Source of the DNA: Cetorhinus maximus
Taxonomy: Eukaryota
DNA: 64,000 bases
NCBI RefSeq assembly: GCF_964194155.1
Contig: NC_135890.1
Location: 44,640,001-44,704,000 of the forward strand
Direction: 5' to 3'
The notes beneath the pieces were generated by a model. That model saw only the letters and a program-made list of their open reading frames with translations, did no database searches and was not told where the DNA came from. The position numbers were made by a program, and so were the translations under genes. Below, piece by piece: positions 40,713-52,240 of the stretch (positions are counted from its first letter, which is position 1; each line of letters starts with the position of its first letter).

Positions 40713-40859
40713 CGTTCTGCCGAAGGGTCATGAGGACTCGAAACGTTAACTGATTTCTTCTCCACCGATGCTGCCAGACCTGCTGAGTTTTTCCAGGTAA
40801 TTCTGTTTTTGTTTTGGATTTCCAGCATCCGCAGTAGCTTTTAGCTTTTTGTTTTTATA
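40713..40859 (+). mobile_element. Young Penelope-derived short element with hammerhead-like motif (40714-40750)
   Basis: 13-bp TSD AAGTAGTGGGGCC (40700-40712 and 40860-40872); GTT-CTGCCGA-A-GGGTC-ATGAG-GACTC-GAAACGTT-AAC. Confidence 0.9.
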
Positions 40860-40962
40860 AAGTAGTGGGGCCAGTTAGCTCGGTTGACAAGATGACTCGT
40901 GTGGTTCAAAATAACACCAATAGCGCATGTTCTATTCCCATTCTGACTGGGCTAAACTTGGG

Positions 40963-41221
40963 ACAAAAACAAAAATTGCTGGAAAAACTCAGCAGGTCTG
41001 ACAGCATCTGTGGAGTGAAAGACAGAGTTAATGTTTCGAGTCCGTATGACTCTTCATCAGAACTAAAGAGGAATAGAAATGTAGTGAAATATAAGCCGTT
41101 TAAGGGGGGTGGAACAGGTGGAGCTGGATAGAGGGCCAGTGATAGGTGGAGGCAAAGGAGAGATTGCCAAAGATGTCATAAACAAAAGGACGAAGGGATG
41201 TTGACGGTAGTGATATTAGCT
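40963..41221 (-). mobile_element. Penelope pseudo-LTR fragment, longer form
   Basis: Same arm sequence as the short elements plus ~155 nt of additional upstream sequence. Confidence 0.8.
41026..41064 (-). ncRNA. Minimal type I hammerhead ribozyme motif (Penelope-associated)
   Basis: Minus strand reads AGTT-CTGATGA-A-GAGTC-ATACG-GACTC-GAAACATT-AACT: canonical CUGAUGA and GAAA boxes, 5-bp stem II, 4-bp stem I. Activity untested. Confidence 0.7.
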
Positions 41222-42994
41222 GAGAGTGGAAGGCAATGGCAAACCACCACTGACAATTAAAAACTACTGAGGAAATGGCTCAGGGTGAATCATCAGCAGA
41301 CAATGAGCTAAGGACCTCCCTTCAGGCAGAGCACACATACCATACAGGTAAGTAGTATGTCTAAAATAGATTTGCTGTAATAGAATGGCTTTTGTTATTG
41401 TATTGATTACAGTCATGCAAGTTAACAGCAAGCAAATTCCTTTTAAAAGTCTCTTTAGTTCCTTACAGTGGAAGTTAAAGCAAAAGAGCTCTTCTGCATT
41501 TGTGCTTAACCGACAATTTTCAAGGTGGGTATACTGAAAGAACCAGAGCTATGAATTCCCTCCCTTCTGCAGTCTGACCCCATTTCCCAGGCATTGTGTC
41601 CTGCAGGGACAGAGTCGATGGATTCAGTATTGCTTCTGTCACTGTACTTGACCTGGAGACAGGTTGTAGGACTAGCTTGTTTGAGGATGCAGACCATTCT
41701 AAAGATCCATTTAAGAATAATAAATAAGAATATAGAGGAAGGATAAAAATAAGCAATAGTTAAAACCATACAAGCACAAGGTGTTAAGAATCTCTAAAAT
41801 TTCCTACTGTGTGCCTGAAATATTATCCTGTGATATATCATCATTGTTGGTACACTGCCAATGGAATGGAATTCCTGAACCTGGTTTTTGTTCTGTGGGA
41901 AATTCAGCAATTGAATTTTAAATGCCCATGTTTCTGGCTGTTAATGATTTGACGTGGATTTCACAACAGAGAGTCATTGTATACCTCCACATTATAAAAA
42001 AAAGCCTCCTTACAAAACAAATTCCAATGTAAGCAGTATGTTTACATGGTGGAACTGGGATTTTGCTAGATGGAAGTGGTTAATTCTTTTTGTTTTATAG
42101 GTGAGATTTGGGTGTAGCTGGAAACAACTGTGATCTCTCTTGCATTTTGCAGGAAATGCAGGAGACAAAATTGCCTTATCGGTCCAAGTTAATTAGAATC
42201 TATTTAATAACCTTGCAGTTTGGAACAGATTTTAAGACTTGCATTCTCAGTAAGATAATGGTGTGGGATTTTCTGTTAAACTTTCGATGGAAATAATCTG
42301 CCCTGCCATTTTGCCTACCTGATCTTTTTGTCTAATTTGGGGGAAAATCTTTGGCACACAACCTTTGTTTAATCAACGTCGATATTTAGTTGTAAGGCTG
42401 GAAATTGTCACGACTACTGGCTAAGCTGTGGATGTTTTTGGCTGCGATGTCAGTGTGAGAGGCCAACTTTCTGACACCATCCTTTTTAGCTAATCATGTA
42501 ACCAAACATACTTCTTTAAGGTGGTTCTGAAAGGATGCTTTCACAAATGCCATTTGGTGAACAGATGTGCCATGCATGGTTTTTTTTGAGTGACCAGGGG
42601 AATCAGTAAATCAGTTCTCCACTTGAAGAGGCAGCAACAACAATAAGTTGTGTTGATATATCGCCGTTAATGTAGTAAAATGTCTCAAGGCTCTTCACAG
42701 GATCATTAACAAACAAAATTTGACATTGAGCCACATCATGAGATATTAGGGCACATGACCAAAAGCTTGGTCAAAGAGTTACATTTTAAGGAGTTCCTTA
42801 AAGGAGGGGAGAGAGGTAATAAAAGCTAAGATTTCATCTGAAAGTGAAAAGTTCAGTATTTTAATTTTGCATCTGATTTTCTACACAGGGTAAATATGTA
42901 TTAGAAATAACTAGTTAAAATGGAGTGGTCTTTCTTTGCAGTTCACTTGTCAGTGAGAATGTGGGCAGATTTTGTTTCACCTACAGTTGAGGTA

Positions 42995-43345
42995 GAATGT
43001 GGAAGCCTTGTGTTGAATTGAACACAATTCTTTGGTTGAGGCCTAATCGGTGTTTTATGAAGAAAAGCATAACTTCCTTGCTTTTGTACTCTGTTCTTCT
43101 ATTAATAAATCCATGGATCCCATATTCTTTTATTAAACAGCCTTCCCAACTTGTACTGCCATCTTCAAAGATTTGTAGCCTTCAGGTTTTTCTGTTCCTG
43201 CACCCCTTTTAAAATTGTACCATTTATTTTATATAGCCTTTCTTCATCCTTCCTGGTTATTTGCATCACTTCACATTTCTGTGTTACATTTCACGTGTCT
43301 GCCCATTTCACCAGTCTTAGTCCTTCTGAAGTCTGTTACTATCTC
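42995..43345 (-). mobile_element. Decayed CR1 fragment
   Basis: Reverse complement similar to 20560-20860. Confidence 0.7.
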
Positions 43346-43463
43346 TGTATCTCTGTTACTATCTTCCTCAGTGTTTAGCATTGACTTTCAAAAGGAATTT
43401 GCTTGCTGTTAATTTGCCTGATTGTAATCAATACAATAACAAAAGGCATTCTATTACAGCAAA

Positions 43464-43716
43464 ACAAAAACAGAATTACCTGGAAAAACTCAGCAGGTCT
43501 GGCAGCATCGGCGGAGAAGAAATCAGTTAACGTTTCGAGCCTTCATGGCCCTTCGGCAGAACTGAAACTTCAGTTCTGCCGAAGGGCCATGAAGGCTCGA
43601 AACGTTAACTGATTTCTTCTCCGCCGATGCTGCCAGACCTGCTGAGTTTTTCCAGGTAATTCTGTTTTTGTTTTGGATTTCCAGCATCCGCAGTAGCTTT
43701 TAGCTTTTTGTTTTTA
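43464..43716 (+). mobile_element. Young Penelope-derived element forming a 107-bp perfect palindrome with two opposed hammerhead-like motifs
   Basis: 14-bp TSD TCTATTACAGCAAA (43450-43463 and 43717-43730). Arms 43460-43566 and 43569-43675 with a 2-nt loop. Confidence 0.92.
43570..43612 (+). ncRNA. Minimal type I hammerhead-like motif (A6C core variant)
   Basis: TCAGTT-CTGCCGA-A-GGGCC-ATGAA-GGCTC-GAAACGTT-AACTGA: 6-bp stem I, 5-bp stem II, palindromic AACGTT in place of stem III. Confidence 0.6.
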
Positions 43717-44582
43717 TCTATTACAGCAAATCTGTTTTAGACATACTACTTACCTGTATGGTGTGTATGCTGTGCCTGAAGGGAGGTCCTTAGCTTATTG
43801 CCTGCTGATGATTCACCCTGAGCCATTTCATCAGCAGTTTTTAATTGTCAGTGGTGGTTTGCCATTGCCTTCCACTCTCGGGGACAGGGTGATCACTCAA
43901 CTTCTGATGGCACATATAAGGCTAAAGCTAGTCTAGTAGCTTGGGGTTTCGAAGAAAAACTTGATGATCAAGATGTCAGAGTGGACTCCTCTACTGCTGG
44001 AAACATGAGCTGGAAGATTTTCTTAACCCTTTTAGCAGCATATTCCTGGGAATGTAAATCACTTGATACAAAAACTGCATTTTTGAAGGGTGAGAAATTT
44101 CAAAAGGAAGTATTTTTGAAACCATCTACAGAGGCTGGTGATATTGGAAACTGTGGAAATTAAACAAGTGTGTTTATGAGTTGAATGATGTGCCAAGGAT
44201 ATGAAATTTCTCAGCTAGGTCCATCCTGCTGAAAACGGGCTGTATTCAGCTAAACGTACACCCAACAATGTTCTGTTGGTATCACAAGGAGAAACTAGCA
44301 GGCATCTTTATGATGCATGTTGATGATTTTCTGTAGGGAGGCTCTGCAGAGTTTGAGCAATGGGTGATAGCTAAAATAAAGAAGGAATTTAAGGTTGGAA
44401 GTCAGGCTTCGGGGGCCTTTCAACATATAGCAGAGATATTAAGCAGAATAAGTCAAGGGTGACCTTGAATCAACAATCTGACTGAGAAAATGTCAATTGC
44501 TTCCCAATAAATCAAGCCAGGTCCTCACAAAAAGAGAATTTTATACCCAAGGGAAAAATGGACCAATTAAGAAGTTTGATTG

Positions 44583-44723
44583 ATAAAAGCAAAATACTGC
44601 GGATGCTGGAAATCTGAAATAAAAACAAAAATAGCTGGAAAAACTCAGCAGGTCTGACAGCATCTGCGGAGAGGAATACAGTTAACATTTCGAGTCCGTA
44701 TGACTCTTCATCAGAACTAAGGA
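44583..44723 (-). mobile_element. Penelope-derived short element inserted in the Copia RT
   Basis: 14-bp TSD AAGAAGTTTGATTG (44569-44582 and 44724-44737). Confidence 0.9.
44680..44718 (-). ncRNA. Minimal type I hammerhead ribozyme motif
   Basis: Minus strand reads AGTT-CTGATGA-A-GAGTC-ATACG-GACTC-GAAATGTT-AACT: canonical core with a CpG transition in the stem III palindrome. Confidence 0.7.
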
Positions 44724-45852
44724 AAGAAGTTTGATTGGACAGTTGAACTGGCTTTGCATTCAGACTAGACCTGATACCAGTTATGATGTATTGGAACTGA
44801 GTACTATGATGAAACATGTTACAGTCAAGGATGTTCTGAGAGCAAATAAAACATTAAAGAAATTAAATTTGGAGAAATGTGCACTCAAGTTTACAGCCTT
44901 GGGTGATCCAGAAGATGTGAGGTTCATCATGTTTAGCTATGCTTCACATGCCAATCTTCCAGATGGATATTCAAACACAGCATGGTTTATCAAATTCTTG
45001 GTGGGAAAGAATAATAAATGTTGTCCATTGGCCTCGAAGCGAAGGAAATAAAAAGGGCAGTTAAAAGCACCTTAGCTGCTGAATCATTGGTGTTAGTAGA
45101 AGCAATTGATAAGGGAGTGTACTTACCTAATATACTGAAGGAAATCCTATACAAGGGGCAGTCTGAGAAAGGTTTTCCCATAGAATGCTATGTGGATAAC
45201 CGTTCTCTTTGGGACAGTGTTCATTCAACAAAGGGTGTCACTGAAAATAGGTTGCTACCATAAAGAAATGCTGGAAAGAAGAAAGATTTTCAAAATAAAA
45301 TAGGTGGATGCAAGTCACCAATTGTCAGACTGTTTTTCGAAGAAAGGTTCTTATTCCAAGAAATATTAGATGTACTGGAGGAGGATGCCTTATGTTATAA
45401 TGAGCGTATAGAAAACCAATATTTCCTTTGATTGTTTCATAACTATTTATACATATAATGAAGAAGAAAAAAAGGCTTTGTTTAAAGAAGGGGGAATATG
45501 GGATCTATTAATGGTTGGTGTACTATAATGTGAGACATAGAAGATGAAAAATATATAATTTTGATCTTTTCAATTAGTTTGAAAGATTGTTCTTGTGTTT
45601 TCAAAAGTTTTAGTTAAAGAAAAGAGCAGAATCTGTCAAAATCTTACCAATTGCATTGCTAAGGTTTGTTAATATCAATTATATTATTAAGAGGAACAGG
45701 TGATGGATATTTGAACGCACATAAATAGGGGGTAGCTGGGACACTGGGTGGGTGAGGAGTGTTGACAGTGGACAAAGTCAATAAACTCTCAGCAAGGAAA
45801 GGCTCTGTGTCTTAGTTTTGACTTCACCAACTGGCTTGAATTCTGTTAATCA

Positions 45853-46190
45853 TTTGACAGGCTAGATGCAGGGAGAATGTTTCCTCTCATGGGGGAATCT
45901 AGAACTGGGACACAGTTTTAAAATAAGGAGTCTCCCATTTAAGACAAAAAAGAGGAGGAATTTATTCTCTGAGGGTTATTAAGACTTTGAAATTCTCTTC
46001 CACAGAAAGCAGTGGAGGCTGGTATATTCTAGGCTTAGTTAGATTTTTGATCGACAAAGGTTAAGGGTTATGGGGGGCAGGCAAAATAGTGGAGCCAAGG
46101 CCACTATCAGATTAGCCATGATCTTATTGAATGGTGGAGCAGGCCCCATGGGCAGAATGGCCTATTTCCCGCTCCTATTTCTTATGTTGT
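45853..46190 (+). mobile_element. CR1 3' fragment
   Basis: Matches 61085-61435, including the cagccatgatc...gctcctatttcttatg tail. Confidence 0.85.
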
Positions 46191-46214
46191 GATGATCTTA
46201 TAAAATCTCATCTA

Positions 46215-47210
46215 TTGCCTCTAAAATTTCCTCCCGACTCATAGTTGCTGCGTTTGTCCCTTTCCCCTTTTTTAAACAGAGATGTAACATTTGCAATTCT
46301 CCAGTCATCTGGCACTACCCCCATATCCAAGAAGGATTGGAGAATTGTGGCCAGAGCCTTCACAATTTCCATTCTTTCTTCCCCCAGATGCATCCCGTCT
46401 GGACCAGGTGGCTTCTCTACGAAGAGGATCGTAAACCTTTAACTCCTCTCCTATATCTATTTTTTATTCCATCCAATATTGCTACAGCTTCCTCCTTTAC
46501 TGCTACATTGGCAGCAATCTCTTCTAGCCTCCCTAATTGGGCCCACTTTTCCTTGAGCTATCCTTTTACTATTTTTGCATTTATGAAAGATTTTAGTGAT
46601 CCTGTTTATGTTGGCCGCTAATCTTTTCTTGCACTCATTTTGTCTCTCTTATTGGCTCTTTTAGATTTTCTCTATACTTTCTGTATTACGCTTTGTTCAC
46701 TAACCTATTATGAACCTTAGAATTGTCATGCACTTCCTTTTTCTGTCTTATTTTAACCTCTATATCATTAGTCATCCAGAGAGCTCTGGCTTTGGATGCC
46801 CTTCCTTTTCCCCCTCATAGGAATGTTTACTCCCTACCCAAATCATCTCCTTCTTGAAGGCTTCCCAGTGCTCAATTGCTGCTTTGGCTACCAATTTTTA
46901 ATTTTATTTAACCTGATCCCGATCCCTTCTCGACTTACCTGCTACAGTTAAGCATTTTTATGCTTGTTTGTAGCATGTCCTTTCCAAAAATTATTTTAAA
47001 CTATGATGATCACTGTTACCCAACTGTTTTACCACTGAAATATGCTCCACGTTCCACTTCATTCTTCAGCTTCCCTCCACATTGGGCTGGAAACATAGTG
47101 ATCAATAAAGTTCTCTTGTACATAGTGGAGGAACTTTCCCCCCTCTCTTTGCTCTATTAACTGCTAGGATAATTGAAATCCTCCATTAGCACTAATCTGT
47201 GGTTCTTGCA
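46215..47210 (-). mobile_element. Decayed CR1 ORF2 fragment
   Basis: ORF 46208-46393 gives GVVPDDWRIANVTSLFKKGER. Confidence 0.8.
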
Positions 47211-47493
47211 TAGGTTTTGGTTCATAGGTGACTTGGTCTGCTTATGGGAACTGTGCTTTTGTTGTCATCACAAGCTTGTATTGTTAGGAAGCCTGAATTG
47301 CAGACACCACCTTTACTAGGATAGAAAACAGCTCGGCGAGTCTATTGGTATCTGTATAGGACGGTGCTTAGGGTAGCAATTGAAGTTACTAATCAAGATA
47401 ATGCTAAAACTCAAATTAGATGCTGTTAACGTTGAATATCTGGAACACAGAAATACCGTTCAATCCATCAGGCCCATTCACTTCACAGACAAT

Positions 47494-48259
47494 GGCCTGA
47501 ATTTTGCTGTATTATTAGTGATGAAGCTCCCAGCACTCATTGTTGTTACAGTGTAAGTCTGATGGCAACTTCTGGCCTGTGTATATGCACAGTTAGAGGT
47601 AGTAATCCAGAATTTGCTGTCAGGGATACCTGACTCCACCACAGGCTGCACTGTTACAGTCTATGCTGATAGATTTGGCACTGAAGTCACTGTAATGGCA
47701 TAACCTTGCGATATATACCCACTAGCTCTGCACTAAAAATGGGTAAAAAGCTTAGGGTGGGTACTTTTACGAGTAAGTGCAATTTTAGCGGTGTAATAAG
47801 TGAAAATTATGGAAAATGACCTGCCTTGCTCTGAAAATTAATTTTACAACTTTTGAGCCTTGTTCCTTCTGAAAAGATGTAAAGGTTTTTTAAAAAATAA
47901 TTTATTTTTACCTTTTTCTACTTGTCTTTTACCCCTCCCCATAAAACCCTACCTTTATTTTCTAATCATTATTCCACTTCATGTACATGATTTAAATGTC
48001 ATTTATATTTCATTTTTTTTAACTTCCTGGTTTGGACTTGGTTGTGCATTTCAGTGAGGATGCTTTAGCCTGGTTAAAAAGCCTCACTGTTGCTTCCCAT
48101 GCTCACAACTGCCACAGATTTCCTATAGAGGGTACCAGACTGAGACAGCTGCTGGAGTGGTGGAAATCTTTGCCAATAAGCCCTCAAAAACTAAGGACAG
48201 TTGTACGTGAGGTGAATGACAAAAGCTGTTCCTCCACTGCTGAGAATAAAATATGAGCC
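47494..48259. mobile_element. Old MITE related to 11397-12052
   Basis: Termini GGCCTGAATTTT / AAAATATGAGCC and shared internal blocks (gaagct..cagcactca, ctgaaaa.taatttta). Confidence 0.45.
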
Positions 48260-48656
48260 AGTGTAAAAGTTGCCCTGTTATGGACTGTACCCAACTTTTT
48301 CCCCCAGAGGGCAGCTAACCACAGGCATTCTGGAAAATTCTTCCTGGCCTCTTAAAAGTTAATTCATCTAAATTCTAGGATATAAATCCAACTTTGCAAT
48401 GTACACCCGTTACTCTGACCAGATGCATCTTACCATGTTCCCCGTAGTTTATGTTGACAGGCAGATAAATATAGATTGGCAAGCTGTAACTGAAGGAACC
48501 TTTCTACTTTTAAGAAGCACTCACCTTTAAAGTATTTGACTTTAAACTTTGTAGGCAGGTTGCCAACCCATACTTAGAATGTAAGACAACCCCACCATAA
48601 TATGTGCCATGGTCCTGCTGAGAGGAATGGAAGGTGGGATACATTGAGCCTCGGAG

Positions 48657-51470
48657 CCACGGAGACATGGCTGCAGGGTGACCAAGGATAGGAACTGAAC
48701 ATCCAGGGGTATTCAATATCTAGGAAGGACAGACAAATAGGGAAAGGAGGTGGGGTAGCATTGTTAGTAAAGGAGGAAATCAATGCAATAGTGAGGAAGG
48801 ATAATGGCTTGGAAAATCATGATGTGGAATCTGTTTGGTGGAGGTAAGAAACAGGAAGGGGCAGAAAACATTGGTGGGGGTTGTCAATAGGCCCCCAAAA
48901 ATAATGGAGATATAAGGGAAGGCATTAAGCAGGAAATTAAAGATGTATGCAATAAGGGTACTACTGTAATTATGAGTGACTTTAATCTACATATAGATTG
49001 CACAAACCAAGCCAGCAATAATGCTGTGGAAGAGGATTTCCTGGAGTGCGTACGTGATGGTTTTTTAGACCAATATGTTGAGGAACCAAGCAGAGAGCAG
49101 GCTATCCTAGACTGGGTATTGTGCAATGAGAAAGGATTAATTAACAATCTTGTCGTGCAGGGTCTCTTTGGGAAGAGCGATCATAAAATTATAGAATTGT
49201 TCATTAGGATGGAGAGTGAAGAAGTTGAATCTGAAACCAGGGTCCTTCCTGAATCTAAATAAAGGGAACCACGAGGGTATGAGATGCGAGTTGGCAATGA
49301 TGGATTGGGGAACATTACTAAAAGTGTTGACAGTGGATAGGCAATGGCTAATATTTAAGGAACTTATGCATGAATTACAACAATTATTTGTCTCTGTCTG
49401 GCGCAAAAATAAAACAGGAAAAGTGGCTCAATCATGGCTTAGAAAGGAAATTAGGGACAGTATTAGATCCAAAGAAGAGACATATAAAATTGCCAGAAAA
49501 AGCAGCAAGCCTGAGGATTGGGAGCAGTTTAGAATTCAGAAAGAGTGGACAAAAAGATTGATCAAGAAGGAGAAAATGGAATATGAGAGTAAACTTGGAA
49601 GGAACATAAAAACTGACTGTAAAAGGTTCTATAAAAATGTGAAGAGAAAAAGATTAGCCAAGACAAAAGTAGGTCTCTTACTGTCAGAAACGGGGGAAAT
49701 TATAATGAGGAACAAAGAAATGGCAGAAGAATTGAACACATTTTGGTTCTGTCTTCACAAAAGCGGACACAAATAATTTCCCAGAAATGTTAGGGAACCA
49801 AGAGTCTAGTAAGAGGGAGGAATTGAAGAAAATCAGTATTAGTTAAAAAATGGTGCTAGAGAAATTAATAGGGTTAAAGGCTGAAAAGTCTCCAGGGCCT
49901 GATAATCTACATCCCAGAGTACTAAAGGAAGTGACCCTGGAAAAATTGGATGCATTGGTGATCATCTTCCAAAATTCTATAGACTCTGGAGCAGTTCCAG
50001 AGATTGGAGGGTGGGAAATGTAACCCCACTATTCAAAAAAGGAGGGAGAGAAAAAACAAAGAATTAGAGACCAGTTAGCCTAACATCAGTAGTGGGGAAA
50101 ATGCTAGAGTCTATTATAAAAGACGTAGTAACAGAAAACTTGAAAAACATTAATGGGATTAGACAAAGTCAGCGTGGGTTTATGAAAGGGAAATCATGCT
50201 TAACTAATCTACTGGAGTTTTTTGAGGATGTAACTAGTAGAATAGATAAGGGAGAACCAGTGGATGTGCTATATTTGGATTTTAAGAAGGCTTTTGATAA
50301 GGTCCTACGTAAGAGGCTAGTGGGCAAAATTAAAGCACATGGGGTTGGGGGTAATATACTGGCATGGATTGAGAATTGGTTGACAGACCGGAAACAGAGA
50401 GTGGGATAAATGGATCTTTTTCTGGGTGGCAGGCAGTGACTAGTGGTGTACTGCCAGGATCAGTCCTTGGGCCCCAGCTATTCACGATATATATAAATGA
50501 CTTGGACGAGGGAGCCAAATGCAATATTTCCAAGCTTGCTGATGATGCAAAACTGGGCTGGGTTGTGAATTGTGAGGAGGATGCAAAGAGTCTTCAGGGA
50601 AATTTAGACAAGTTGTGTGTGTGGGCAAACACATGGCAGATGTCGTATAGCATGGATAAATGTGAAGTTATACACTTCGGTGTGAAAAACAGAAAAGCAG
50701 AGTATTATTTAAATGGTGATATATTAAGAAATGTGGATGTACAAAGGGTTCTAGGTGTCCCTTGTACATCAGTCAATGAAAGTAAATAGGGAGGTGCAGC
50801 AAACAATTAGGAAGGCAAATGATATGTTGGCCTTCATTGCAAGAGGATTTGAGTTCAGAAGTAGGGATGTCTTAATGCAGTTATTCAAGGCCTTGGTGTG
50901 ACCACACCTGGAATATTGCGTGCAGTTTTGGTCTCCCTACCTAAGAAAGGATATACTTGCCATAGAGGGAGTGCAGCGAAGGTTCACTAGGCTGATATTG
51001 GGAATGGCTGGACTGTCGTATGAGGAGAGATTGGTTCAACTGGGCCTGTATTCACTAGAGTTTAGAAGAATGAGAAGGGATCTGATTGGAACATACAAAA
51101 TTCTAACAGGGCTAGACAGACTGGTTGCAGGGAGGATGTTTCCCCTGGTTGTGAAGTCTAGAACCAGGGGCCACAGTCTCAGGATATGGGGCAGGCCATT
51201 TAGGACTGAGATGTGGAAAAATGTCTCCACTCAGAGGGTGGTCAACCTGTGGAATTCTCTACCACAGAAGGCTGTGGAGGCTGGGTCACTGAGTATATTC
51301 AAGAAAGAAATTGATAATGTTTTGGATAGTAGGGCCATCAAGGGGTATGGAGAGAAAGTGGGAATATGGCATTGAGATAGGTGATCAGCCATGATCATAT
51401 TGAATGGCGGAGCGGGCTCAAAGGGCCAAATGGCCTACTCCTGCTCCTAGTTTCTACGTTTCTATTTTCT
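48657..51470 (+). mobile_element. 5'-truncated CR1 LINE, nearly complete but disrupted ORF2 (APE + RT)
   Basis: Colinear with 58450-61435; YLDFKKAFDKV and SKLADDAKLG motifs; several stops and frameshifts. Confidence 0.95.
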
Positions 51471-51627
51471 ATTTACAACCTGCTCAATTAGGAATGACAC
51501 ACAGTTGGCTGGAGTGACAGAATTTTCAGAAGCTGCTCTATCAGTAAGATGTGCGATGAGCTTGAAGGATAAATTTGTGCTCCTGAAAGAAAATCTTCAA
51601 TCATCATTTCTAATCACATTTCAGAGT

Positions 51628-51835
51628 ACAATAGCAAAATATTGCAGATGCTGGAAAACTGAAACACAAGCAGAAAATACTGGAAATACTCAGCAGGCCA
51701 GGTAACATTGGTGGAAAGAGAAATGGAGTTAATGTTTCGGGTCGATGACCTTTTGTTAGATGTTAACTCTATCTCTCGCTCCACAGTTGCTGCCCGAGTT
51801 GTTGAGGTTTTCAGCATTTTCTGTTTTAAATTTAT
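51628..51835 (-). mobile_element. Old Penelope-derived fold-back element
   Basis: 10-bp TSD ATTTCAGAGT (51618-51627 and 51836-51845); decayed GGTC-ATC-GACC-CGAAAC on the minus strand. Confidence 0.75.
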
Positions 51836-52240
51836 ATTTCAGAGTGGTTGCTAAAATAAGTATGTTAATATGTAATGCTCACAGTCTTTTCTTCACACAT
51901 GAGAAAGCCTGCATAATATATGAACGGCATAAATATATATGAATTTCATGCAGTGTGAGGGGGAAAAATGTTCCATTTGGGTCATATTCTTTTCCATTAG
52001 TGTCAATGGAATGTGCTGCTGACTATTCAGCCCACTGAGGACTTCCCTGCTCCAAAATAGTGTAATGAGAAACATTGGGCAATTTTCTCATTGGCTTGTT
52101 AAATATCAGGTGTTAAGAATATAGCAGAATTACACAGCCATCCTGGATAACCAAAAGTTTAGTAACATTTCAATGCCAACTCACGGATGGAAATTACATA
52201 AGTGCAAGAGTTTTCTGTCCTGGGTCCTAAATGTAGCAGA

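Larger units (their letters stand above)
40865..41345 (+). mobile_element. tRNA-derived SINE interrupted by a Penelope pseudo-LTR fragment
   Basis: A-box-like ggccagttagctcggttg head; tail ggcaatggcaaaccac...gcacacatac. Confidence 0.55.
43895..45852 (+). mobile_element. Ty1/Copia (GalEa-like) retrotransposon remnant: RT, RNase H, PPT and 3' LTR (45634-45852)
   Basis: KAKASLVAWGFEE, DTKTAFLKG, MHVDDFL, IGQLNWLCIQTRPD, KRAVKSTLAAE and YVDNRSL, with stops and frameshifts. Purine tract at 45616-45631 precedes a TG...CA LTR. Confidence 0.9.

Noticed and set aside
42085-42180. Acceptor-like sites as copine exon 2
   Set aside because: Downstream sequence does not encode NLLDxDxFSKSDP in the required phase.
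43450-43730. Palindromic elements read as MITEs or pre-miRNAs
   Set aside because: Asymmetric arms, a T-rich tail, variable 10-16 bp TSDs and single-arm copies point to retrotransposition.
6838-51845. Recurrent short ORFs such as MLPDLLSFSR and KNSAGLAAS
   Set aside because: They are translations of the Penelope-derived repeat, not a gene family.
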